Assembly (NCBI GenBank): GCA_965215195.1 | Contig: CBDCDC010000002.1 | Coordinates: 1,088,001-1,152,000, forward strand | Reading direction: 5' to 3' | Length of the DNA: 64,000 bases | Source: Candidatus Latescibacterota bacterium | GTDB taxonomy: Bacteria; Latescibacterota; UBA2968; UBA8231 | Shown: in pieces, positions 30,201-39,715 of the stretch | Position numbering within the stretch: the stretch's first letter is position 1 | Layout: every line of letters begins with the position of its first letter | The notes under the pieces: generated by a model | Seen by the model: the letters and a program-made list of their open reading frames with translations, nothing else | What the model was told of the DNA's origin: nothing | Databases searched by the model: none | Translations under genes and position numbers: made by a program

Positions 30201-30367
30201 AGGATAACCCAAGGTCAGAGCAGATTCAATCCGAAATTAGGTGGCGGGGTTGATGAAGAAAAACCATTCAGGTATGCTTAGTAAACGATTCCGCTGTTAG
30301 AATATATCCTACTAGTAGTCATGAGTCGGCATTATAACACATCTCTCGAAAAGAGCAACCCATTTGC

Positions 30368-31532
30368 CTAAGTACACGACAGTAAAATGGGTTCATATTG
30401 TTGGGCGTGTTTAGGCTGCTCACGCACTTGGTGTATGATGTGTGTGAGTTGATCGAGTCCTCGTCGAAACAGACTTATGGCGGGTCGTCCGTGTTTTTTT
30501 AGGGGGATAGGTTTTCTTTGATGGAGTTGCTCGCCCAGCAGCAGGCCCCACAGCAGCGTCCATGCCAGCAGTCCTAGCAGCAAATGGATGCGTTGAGGAT
30601 GGGTCAGGTGGGTATCTTCGAGATTAAATCCTCTCGATTTCAAACAAGCAAAGGTCGTCTCGATAGCCCAGCGCTGGCCATAGAGCGCCAGCACCTGTTG
30701 GAGGTCGGTTCGGTTGGTAATCAGCAGGATGCGTTCGCCGCGGGGGGGGCGGTGGCACACCAGATTCAGCGTCAGGCCATTATAGAGGGCCGTCTGTGGA
30801 TAGTATCGGGTGGTGTTTCGGGGCATCCGTTCATTAAAGGTGGCCGCATAGCGCAACCGACCATCGTCGAGCGTAAGCGAGGTATGGCCGCTCAGGCGAA
30901 TGACAAAATCGATGGGTTGCTCCAACAAAAAAGCAAACCAATCTCGACCGATAAACTCGCGGTCGGCGACTAAACAACAGGCGCTGGTATCCAGATAGGC
31001 CGCTACTTGGGTCAGCAGGTGTTTCCGTGCGTCGGTATGGGAGTTGCCCGGCTTTTGTAACGACTGATAGACCAACGGAATAGACTCTCCTTGATAGACC
31101 AAGCCGACACATAACAGATTCAGATCGGTGCGACCCCGCTTCCAATGGGTACGATCCATGACCAACACTTGCGGCTGACCGGGGCCCACTAACTTGGAGA
31201 CGATCAACTGAGTAAACACGGCGGGGGAGAATCCGCTACTGAAAAACCGCTGCAGACGGCGATATTGACTGTCTATTTGCGCCATGCCAGGCAAACTACA
31301 CGCCCGTTTTCTCAGATTGACCGAACGCACTTGCATCAGCGCACACATCAAGCCACTAAGCAGGTCCATGCGGTGGCGCGTGAGGGATACGGACCCTTGC
31401 ATGAGGGCTTGCTTTAGCGTATGAATAAGCACGGTACAGCTCCTGTATTTAGGATTTAGATGCAATCTTGGCGATTACAAATAAACCTAAATCGGGGCTG
31501 TACCACAACTTACATTACTGTCGTGTACTTAG
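30368..31532 (-). mobile_element. IS4-family element (transposase 30368-31465)
   Basis: 18-bp TIR CTAAGTACACGACAGTAA; 9-bp duplication CCCATTTGC; MDRTHW, ADREF and Y..RWAIE..F..LK (YREK). Confidence 0.93.
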
Positions 31533-31580
31533 CCCATTTGCAATCATTGGTTTACAGAATAATTCTTAACGAGGGCTGAT

Positions 31581-31848
31581 ATGACCAATAAACTCAAAAA
31601 TGCTTTCGACAAAATCTCAACTTTAAGCGAAAAAGAGCAGGACGCTATCGCGGAAGCTCTCCTAAGCGGTAGTAGATGATACTTGGGGTCCAGAGGACGA
31701 TACGGACGAAGCCGAATGGGATGCCTTGGTGAGATCAAAAAAATCTCATACTTGGTTAGACAAAATGGTAAAGCAAGTTCGGCAGGATATTCAAGAAGGG
31801 AAGGTCTATGATTTTGATCCCAGCGACTTGAACATATCAAGTCCATGA
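31581..31848 (+). pseudogene. Frameshifted antitoxin-like gene followed by a toxin 5' stub (31845-~31866)
   Basis: MTNKLKNAFDKISTLSEKEQDAIAEALL continues in another frame as ...EAEWDAL...QDIQEGKVYDFDP; ATGA overlap with MRSKTHP. Confidence 0.6.
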
Positions 31849-31858
31849 GATCAAAGAC

Positions 31859-32005
31859 TCACCCCGGCGTCCTGAAGGCTCGCACCTCCTTTTCACCGGC
31901 CTTTTCATGGGCCGGCGCGGTCAGTGCAACGACGAGCGCGGCCCCTACCATCCAGAGGAGCCGTAGGTGTGTACGGACGCGCTTGATCGCAGATGCGGTG
32001 TTCAT
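31859..32005 (-). pseudogene. 5' fragment of a secreted protein
   Basis: MNTASAIKRVRTHLRLLWMVGAALVVALTAPA...EVRAFRTPG*; stops at the junction with the TA remnant. Confidence 0.5.
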
Positions 32006-32034
32006 AATCACCGCAAAGCCCTATCCATTCCTAA

Positions 32035-33583
32035 TCAGGTAAACTGCAAGATCCCATACACCGACCTGTCGTAGAGATTCCTGCCACCGCCGCCAGACCA
32101 TACTATAGTGGATTTTATTCCTTCCTCGGGGGTGTCGCAGTCTTCGATCTCGATGTCGAAAAGGATCTCTTGGCCCTCATCCGGTTCTAGGTCTAGTTCC
32201 ACAAAGGGAAGTTTAGCGTACAGCCTGTACCCTCCTCTGCCCAACTCACACGTCACCTTTGACTCGGGGATGAATTCACAATCTCCAGTCTTCCTGTTTC
32301 GCTCCATGAATGCGGGATTAGGACCGCGCTCTGCGGTTGGGAACATAATGCAGACCTTGGGGTCTTCACGTACGTCGAATGAGGCAAAGTACACCCGCAC
32401 ACCGTCCCGTGACAGGTGGTCCCTCAACCTGTCGCCTTCCACGCATAGTACGACGTCGTCCTTTACTTCTATATCAAGGTGGAGATAATTTTCATCCCAA
32501 GCCACCCGGCAACAGGCACTTAGAGCCTATACGAAAATTGATTTTTTGTTGATACAAAGGTCTTGGCGACCTACGCTTTCCGTACCATTTGACCCTCAAC
32601 CAAGAGGAAGAAAGCCATGGCCACCAAGACCGATTCGCCGGACACGATCTGGCATACCCCGGATGCCTTGTGGAATCTAATCGCCCCGATTCTGGGTCCG
32701 GAAAAACAACCCGGCACCGTCGGACGTCCGCCCACACCCCACCGTGTCCTTTTTGACGCCATGATCTTTGTGTTGCGCAGCGGCTGCCAATGGCAGGCCA
32801 TTCCGCGGGCAGCCTATGCACCCGGCTCGACCGTCCACGGTCGGTTCCGCCAGTGGGTGAAACAAGGCGTGTTTCTCCGAGCTTGGCAGACGCTGCTACA
32901 CTACTATGATAAGCAAGTGGGCATTGCTTGGAAATGGCAAGCCCTCGATGGGGTGATCACCAAAGCGCCGTTGGGCGGCGAAGCGACCGGTCCGTCGCCG
33001 GTCGATCGGGGTAAAAAGGGCACTAAACGGTCGGTGTTGACCGACCAGCGAGGCGCACCGCTGGCCGTGGAAGTAACCGCAGCCAATACGCATGACAAAA
33101 CGGTAGCACTGGCGACGTTGGATGGCCTCGTCGTGGAAAGACCCAAGAAAGTCGTCTATCGGCTGCACCATCTGTGTCTGGACAAAGGCTATGACTACGC
33201 CGAGGTTATTGAAGGAGTCGAGGAACGCGACTATCACCTACACTTGGCGAAAAGTCAAGCCGACAAGGCCTCTATACCCGCGCAAAAGAAACATCCGGCT
33301 CGTCGATGGGTGGTTGAACGAACCCATGCTTGGCATAATCGATTCCGTCGTCTGTTGGTCCGATGGGAGAAAAAGAGTACCCATTACGAAGCATTCATTC
33401 AGGTCGCTTCGGTGCTTATCATTTTTCAAATCGTCGAACGGTTGACATGATTTCCGTATAGGCTCTAAGGTCGTTCTTGTCTTTCGGAGGGACTCCATTC
33501 TGAATATGCGTCCCAAAGGGTTGCCAGTCGGCTACATTACTCTCGGATATACGGATGAGACTATCCTCTTCTGTGCATGTCAT
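32035..33583 (-). pseudogene. CBM9/DOMON-like sugar-binding protein interrupted by an IS
   Basis: AWDENYLHLDIEVKDD...DGVRVYF...FDIEIED.D...YGILQF; the upstream part MTCTEE...PPKDKND lies beyond the IS. Confidence 0.65.
32523..33465 (+). mobile_element. IS5-family element, IS427-like (transposase 32617-33450)
   Basis: Ends GAGCCTATACGAAAAT / ATTTCCGTATAGGCTC with TA flanks; LRSGCQW, DKGYD and RWVVERTHAW. Confidence 0.9.
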
Positions 33584-33600
33584 AGTAGGGGATTGTCCTA

Positions 33601-34532
33601 AGAAGCGTTCTTAAAACTCATTTTGTGTTAGGCTTGTCTTGAAAGGACGTACCCATTGATTGACCTTTAGGTTTCCTCACAAAACCAGAAAGGTTGTCTA
33701 TTAATGAGTACGTCCCGTCGAGAATATGCGACCGATTTGACCGATGCACCATGGCAGGTGCTTCAGCGGTGGCTGCCGACGCGTCGTTGGCGTCGCGGCG
33801 GTCCGGGTCGGCCGCCTTGTGCTGTGCGCTTGGTGATCAATGGTATCCTCTACCGCGCTAAAACCGGGTGCCCATGGCCTGTGTTGCCTTCGTCGTTTGG
33901 CTGTTGGCAGACGGTGTATGGCTACTTTACTCCGTGGCGGCGTCAAGGGCATTGGAAACGGATCATGGACACGCTGACGAAGCAGGATCGCCTTGAGCAG
34001 GGGCGTGTTTCGACCCCGTCGGCGGGTCTTGTCGACGCACAGAGTGTCAAGACGGCAACCCAAGGGAAAACAGTTGGATACGACCCGGGAAAGAAAATCA
34101 AAGGCCGCAAACGCCACCTGTTGGTCGATACCCAAGGCCCTGTCCTCGAATGCGTGGTGACCGCCGCTTCAACCTCGGATGCCGACGGCTTGAAAAGGCT
34201 GTTGAGTCGCTATTTTGCGCCGAAGGTGCAACGGCTTAAGAAGCTGTGGGTGGACGGCGGCTATCGCGGGGAAGCGCTCAAAGCATGGGTCGCCGGTTTG
34301 AAAAAGACCCACAAAATCGACTGGGAGGTCGTGCAAAAACAAGAGTCCGGCTTTCAGGTATTGCCGCGTCGCTGGGTCGTCGAACGGACGTTTGCTTGGT
34401 TATCCAATTATCGAATCCATGCCAAAGACTACGAAGTCTTGCCTTGCAACAGTGAGGCGTTTATCCACATTACCATGATGCATCTGCTGCTCAAACGACT
34501 CGCTAACCGAAAGGGGTTTTGAGACAGCTTCT
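33601..34532 (+). mobile_element. IS5-family element, IS1031-like (transposase 33704-34522)
   Basis: Ends AGAAGCGTTCTTAAAAC / GTTTTGAGACAGCTTCT with TA flanks; YATDLTD, DAQSVKT, KKIKGRKRH and RWVVERTFAW. Confidence 0.9.
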
Positions 34533-34839
34533 TAGCCTGCTCGTCCAACACATAAAGCCCCTCACCGAGTATATGCATCCTCCGTAAGGGGCCGGAAATA
34601 GTTCCCCAAGTACGCTTGAACCCTTCCAGATCGAGCAAGTTGCCCATCTTGTCCCATTGCCTGACACCGTATCGCTCAGCAAGTTCCTCCTTAGACCAGA
34701 GCAAAAGCTCCACACTATTTCCTACATTTTGACTCCCACCCTTCCTAAATCCTGCGAAATCAATCGGTGTTCTGTAGTGCCGGCCAAAAACCGTGACAGA
34801 ATTGTACTCTGATCTGGGAGCCATAGCAATTATCCCCAT
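34533..34839 (-). pseudogene. IS-interrupted hypothetical gene downstream of the lasso cluster
   Basis: The ORF runs into the IS end at LYVLDEQA. Confidence 0.45.
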
Positions 34840-34904
34840 AAGCCTTTTTAAAACTCGCGTTGGACCATAAAAGAGTGATAACCTAACTAGGTCGAAAATA
34901 TCGA

Positions 34905-35420
34905 CTAGTCCACGACGTCAAACTTCACTAAGCCTTCTTGTGTATCTCGAATAGTATCTATGGTGGTTTCTCCACACTCTACCCAAGCGTGTGGCCTCAA
35001 GCTCAACCCTTCAACACCAATAACCATCTTGGCAGAGAAGCCTCTCCTTTTTAACATCGAGCAGATTGCAAACGATCTCGGCAAACACAAAGCACGCCAT
35101 GGAAGGATCAAGCACGCTATTTGAACGGCATCTCTACACGATTGAAACACGTCGGTCTGATCAAAATCGGACTGGGGCACTCGAGATAGTCGGGTCACCT
35201 TGAGACTGTGACTATACATAGAGTCGAATTCCAACACACGACTCATGAGCCCTACGTACAACAGAGTCAGGAAAGCCTCTGCTGCTACCAAGTGCAACGG
35301 TAATTTCCTAAGATGCCGTCTTAAAACCTGTTGTGGCCTAGCTAAGCCTTGGAAGGAAATATTCATTAGGCAACCTTTGAATTTCACCAAACAGTCCGCT
35401 CCAGTTAGTGCATATTCCAC
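34905..35420 (-). CDS. Lasso peptide leader peptidase (B2, transglutaminase-like)
   Basis: CLPRS...LKRRG...VIGV...HAWVE with catalytic Cys and His. Confidence 0.92.
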   Translation of the reverse strand: MEYALTGADCLVKFKGCLMNISFQGLARPQQVLRRHLRKLPLHLVAAEAFLTLLYVGLMSRVLEFDSMYSHSLKVTRLSRVPQSDFDQTDVFQSCRDAVQIACLILPWRALCLPRSFAICSMLKRRGFSAKMVIGVEGLSLRPHAWVECGETTIDTIRDTQEGLVKFDVVD

Positions 35421-37262
35421 TTACTTCTCAACGACTTGGGCTCCAGCGTAACGGGCCGACTGGACATTGAAGAACTCAGCATAGATTCCACTCGCGCCAA
35501 TTAGATCTTCGTGTTTTCCTTGCTCAACTATTCTTCCGTTGTCTAGAACGATGATACGCGTAGCAACCTGCACAGTGCTCAGTCTGTGTGAAACTATGAG
35601 GCACGTTCGATCTTTCGTCACATCCTCCATCAGTCTTAGTAGTCTCTCCTCTGCCTCTACATCCATTGCTGCACTGGGCTCATCCATAACCAGCAAACCC
35701 GCTTGGCTCTTGAATAGAGCCCTAGCAAGGGCAATATGCTGCCACTGCCCTACAGACAAATCCACTCCGCCAATTTCCCGCCCTACTACTTGCTCATTCC
35801 CACCACTTAAATCTTTCGAGATTGCATCGACACCCGATTTGGCAAGTACTTTCTGCAAGAGCTCGGAATCTCCTTTTCGGTCTATATCACCAAGTTCAAC
35901 ATTTTCTCTAATTGTCCCGTCGTACCTAGCGAAGTCCTGAAACATGGCAGAGACAATTCCACGCCGCATTGCGGCATCGTCAAAAGTCTTCCCCTCTATA
36001 GATAACAGCACATCTCCTCGACTATGCGGCAACAAGCCACAGATAATTTTCACTAGAGTCGTCTTGCCAGCACCGTTTCTTCCGACCAAGGCTATCCGTT
36101 CACCTTTTTTTATTTCTAAATCAACCATCTGCAAGGCATCTTTATTTGTGCCAGGGTATCGATAGCACACATTCCTTAGTTGTAGGAGCGTATTTACTGA
36201 ACTCCCTCTGCTTGTTGTTGGAGTGAAAATAGGTTCCTTGTCCTCACTCAGTTCCATGAAATCGAAAAAATCACTAACAAAGAAGGAACTCCTGAACACT
36301 TGGACCACCGCATGGCCGAGCCCTCGTATTGCCTCTCTAAGCTGAACGGTTCCAGCAAGTCCAAGAGCAACTGAACTCAGATTTATCACGCCTTGAACGG
36401 CAAGCCAGACTACGTACATGTAAACAGCCGCTGCCGCTACCATGGCGGGTAAATCCCAGAACAGAACGCTCCTATTCTTGCTCAGAAATAGATGTCTCCG
36501 TCTATCATAGCATTCCTGCCAAAGAGACTCATACTTATCTAGCCAATGATCTTTATAGCCAAACACCCGTAGTTCCTTCGCGTAATCACGACTACTAAGC
36601 ACCTTTGAGTAGTAATTTAACTTACGACGGTCGGAGCTCTGATGTTTGAACAGATGATGTCCATCTACTATGTAGAGCATTTGACAAATCAGAAATGGCA
36701 CGGAAACCAGAATAAGTAGCGGGCTTATCCAAATACTAATTGTCGCGACTACAAGAGCCGTCGATATGACTCTAACTAACATTGAAATAGACGAAAAGAA
36801 AAGTATCGACGTATACTCAGGCCATTCCTGTGCACGTTGTGAGGCCTCTATCTTGTTGTAAAATCGTGGATCCTCATATTGATGATATGGGAGCCGACTC
36901 GCCTTCTCCGCTACTCGTTTTCTGGCAATATGCGTGGCTCGCTCCCCTAATATCCCTGTCATTGGTCTCCAGAGCACTTCTGCCATTGAAGCAACTCCCC
37001 ATATCAACACTTGTAGACATACTAAGGGGCCCACGCGTTCCAGATCCCATCCACTAGTTACGAGAGCCGCGGCCTCGTCAATTATCAGCTTCATCACCCA
37101 AAGAGACACCGCACCGGCTGCACCATCATAGACGATTAGTGCCAATGCTAACACCAAGTATGAGCTTCCTGCCTCTCGATACATCTTCAAAACGAGAGGA
37201 AGGCGCAAGACGAGGTTCTTTATACCGCTGTAAAATTCTAAGGTACGGACTTGCCAAGACAT
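35421..37262 (-). CDS. ABC transporter (fused permease-ATPase), probable lasso exporter
   Basis: AKELRVFG, GRNGAGKTT, LSVGQWQHIALARA, MDEP and SHRLST. Confidence 0.9.
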   Translation of the reverse strand: MSWQVRTLEFYSGIKNLVLRLPLVLKMYREAGSSYLVLALALIVYDGAAGAVSLWVMKLIIDEAAALVTSGWDLERVGPLVCLQVLIWGVASMAEVLWRPMTGILGERATHIARKRVAEKASRLPYHQYEDPRFYNKIEASQRAQEWPEYTSILFFSSISMLVRVISTALVVATISIWISPLLILVSVPFLICQMLYIVDGHHLFKHQSSDRRKLNYYSKVLSSRDYAKELRVFGYKDHWLDKYESLWQECYDRRRHLFLSKNRSVLFWDLPAMVAAAAVYMYVVWLAVQGVINLSSVALGLAGTVQLREAIRGLGHAVVQVFRSSFFVSDFFDFMELSEDKEPIFTPTTSRGSSVNTLLQLRNVCYRYPGTNKDALQMVDLEIKKGERIALVGRNGAGKTTLVKIICGLLPHSRGDVLLSIEGKTFDDAAMRRGIVSAMFQDFARYDGTIRENVELGDIDRKGDSELLQKVLAKSGVDAISKDLSGGNEQVVGREIGGVDLSVGQWQHIALARALFKSQAGLLVMDEPSAAMDVEAEERLLRLMEDVTKDRTCLIVSHRLSTVQVATRIIVLDNGRIVEQGKHEDLIGASGIYAEFFNVQSARYAGAQVVEK

Positions 37263-37418
37263 AGGTAAAAAGTCCTTCTTAGCTCGATTGCATCCCCCAA
37301 GGTATTTTTATGAGGCAGTATTGTTTCAGCGAGGCGGTCTGAGGCGGTCTGGACTTTCTAGATCACCACGGTTTAGAGTTGTACCGCTACCTCACGCGAA
37401 AGGCACGTTGAGAATAGC

Positions 37419-37556
37419 CTAGGCCTCCTTAAAGAATTCGTCCTTTCCGCCAACCGTCTCACTCCCGGCCGATGTTCCGCCCTTGGTGAGTTCGTCAACT
37501 TTTCCATACTCGATCACTCGAGGTTTTTCGTACTTTAGGGTTTCGTTAGTTTTCAT
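37419..37556 (-). CDS. Lasso peptide precursor (45 aa)
   Basis: Hand translation MKTNETLKYEKPRVIEYGKVDELTK-GGTSAGSETVGGKDEFFKEA*. Leader has YxxP-x-V, G and Thr at -2; core has Gly1 and Glu8. Confidence 0.93.
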   Translation of the reverse strand: MKTNETLKYEKPRVIEYGKVDELTKGGTSAGSETVGGKDEFFKEA

Positions 37557-37642
37557 AAGCTATATCTGCTTTCTGTGGCTTACTCTAACGAAAGGATCCA
37601 GATTCGCCTCAGACCTCCTGTAACTGCAACTGATTGTCCTCA

Positions 37643-39460
37643 TCAAAATGAAAATAAGTCCGTATTATCCGATAACCATTTGTCCATGCTTAAATAGCAC
37701 AGGGCCGTTCGACACGATTTTTCGCACCCGTAAAATGCACGCTCCAGACCGGCTCTATAAATCTGCCGGTCAGCGATACCTAGCCTTACAAGTATTGAGT
37801 TCATCCAAAGATGTTCTACTCTGATCCACTCCTTGCGAAAAGCAAGGGACAAGGACTCAAAATTGCCACCTTTGCTTCTCCTGTTTAGAACCCGTTCCGG
37901 AAGAACATCTCGTAGAGCTAGCCTTTGTAACCCGCGCGTATCTAGTCCGTTTACTCGCATACCTGGCGGCAGAGATAAACAGCGTCTCACTAGAAAACTA
38001 TCGAAGAATGGATGCCGGGATACCACCCCGAGGTCGCTTGTTTCACCTGTGAAGTTACGTATCTCTCTAAACAAGGCATCTGCAATAATCGCTGACTCAA
38101 GATATGGCATTTCTGAAACCATCGACCACTGTGTGCGAAGCAAGCGTCTGGCATGTTGATCATCCTGCATATCAGTAAGCCAATTTACAGAACTAAGTGT
38201 CAGCATGCCCGGACGAAATGGCTTTATTAGATACTTCCAGACTCCCCGAATCAAGGGTTCATTTTTGCGCTCACACCACATCCTTAAGTGCGATGCTGTT
38301 TGCTTCACGTGGCCATTTCGTATTAAGTCACGCAGGCCCCATGGTCGAGCACAGAACAATTGGTCCCCTCCTAATCCGGTCAACAGAAGATCAACACCGT
38401 TATCTTGGCATATTGATCGGACCTTCTCGGTTGCTGCTTCCTGAAGAGTGCTGATGCTTGGTTCTGGTAGACGAAGAGATTCGTCCAGTGGTTCCTTTAA
38501 ATGCCATGCGTCACCTACATCAATTTCAAAGCACTCAACCCCTACTTTCCTCACTATTTCCCTAGCATAATCCAATTCATTGCAACCTACGACATCATTT
38601 CGATAAGTCGTCAATGCACATAAGCCATGTCTTCCACTTCCTTTGCTTTGCAAGGCTGCAAGCGCAAGAATTGCCGATGAGTCTAGCCCCCCACTCAACG
38701 AAACACATGGTCGCTCCGCTACAACGGTTCGGATTCTAACAGCTCGACCTAAGTCTGAGAGCATTTTCCTTGATAGATCTTTGGGATTAGTCGGCAATAT
38801 ACAGTCTGCTTCTTTCCATACGCTAATTGTCTTTGTCCTCACTGACCGGGACACCACTTCAAGGGCTGTGCCAGGTACTAAGGCTTTTATCCCTTCAAAT
38901 GGAGTAAGTTGATACGAACTTGGTGCTTGTTTCGGGAGCACTGTGCTCAAGTAGGCAAGGACGTACGTATAGTTTAGATTCAATTCTATTCCTGGAAGAA
39001 ACGTCATTGCACATATATCTGTGGAAATGAATAGATAGCCATTTAATTCTGTATAGTAGATCGGGCGGACACCGCGGAAATCTATACTAACCCATACACG
39101 TTCATCACGAGGAGCCACAACCATCAGACAAAACTCACCGACAAGGGTGCTAAATACTAGCTCTGGACACCAACTACGAGGCACGTGAATCTCGTCCGCT
39201 GAAACTTGGCTGCACTCCTTTTCCGATTCGGCAACTCTGAACGCAGGATCAGAAAGAACAACAAACGGCTCCGTTCTTGCTGGAGTCTTTGTCGATTTCG
39301 ACACCGAATATGCTAACCACGCGTCGTTTCCCAATCCACTTGGCACAATAGCAACATCACCACCTTGACTTCTCACCCATCCCTGTGCTGAATCCGAAAT
39401 ACGATTCGCAGACAGAGAAATACATATACAAAGCGTATTGCTAGTTCTAGGCCTTCTCAT
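37643..39460 (-). CDS. Lasso cyclase (asparagine synthetase-like, C protein)
   Basis: SLSGGLDSS, LTGLGGDQLF, RHPFFD and RRSKG. Confidence 0.92.
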   Translation of the reverse strand: MRRPRTSNTLCICISLSANRISDSAQGWVRSQGGDVAIVPSGLGNDAWLAYSVSKSTKTPARTEPFVVLSDPAFRVAESEKECSQVSADEIHVPRSWCPELVFSTLVGEFCLMVVAPRDERVWVSIDFRGVRPIYYTELNGYLFISTDICAMTFLPGIELNLNYTYVLAYLSTVLPKQAPSSYQLTPFEGIKALVPGTALEVVSRSVRTKTISVWKEADCILPTNPKDLSRKMLSDLGRAVRIRTVVAERPCVSLSGGLDSSAILALAALQSKGSGRHGLCALTTYRNDVVGCNELDYAREIVRKVGVECFEIDVGDAWHLKEPLDESLRLPEPSISTLQEAATEKVRSICQDNGVDLLLTGLGGDQLFCARPWGLRDLIRNGHVKQTASHLRMWCERKNEPLIRGVWKYLIKPFRPGMLTLSSVNWLTDMQDDQHARRLLRTQWSMVSEMPYLESAIIADALFREIRNFTGETSDLGVVSRHPFFDSFLVRRCLSLPPGMRVNGLDTRGLQRLALRDVLPERVLNRRSKGGNFESLSLAFRKEWIRVEHLWMNSILVRLGIADRQIYRAGLERAFYGCEKSCRTALCYLSMDKWLSDNTDLFSF

Positions 39461-39713
39461 TGACTATTAATCCTAAATTAACGAGTTCTTGCAAAAACTC
39501 CTGTGCATCCTGTCTTACCAGAGACCGTGGTTGCTCATAGATATCGGCCACTTGGTCGAGTGCATCCCACCTCTTGTTTTTTGCTACAATGTTCTTCCAA
39601 ATCTTTGCTGCTACTCCTTCTAGGCCAAAGTATTTTCCGGAATTGCAATCCAGAATGACCAAACCCTCTTCATTTTCTGCTACGTAGACGCCCTCAGCTA
39701 TCCTATAGCTCAT
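39447..39713 (-). CDS. PqqD-family RiPP recognition element (B1)
   Basis: 88 aa: LVILD..SGKYFGL.GVAAKIW...D...FLQEL...GLI. Confidence 0.92.
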   Translation of the reverse strand: MSYRIAEGVYVAENEEGLVILDCNSGKYFGLEGVAAKIWKNIVAKNKRWDALDQVADIYEQPRSLVRQDAQEFLQELVNLGLIVNEKA

Positions 39714-39715
39714 GA

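Noticed and set aside
37560-37643. 27-codon ORF (MRTISCSY...) coupled to the cyclase stop and in frame with the precursor across a TAG
   Set aside because: It has no lasso leader features, and the precursor is complete from ATG 37556, so read-through need not be invoked.
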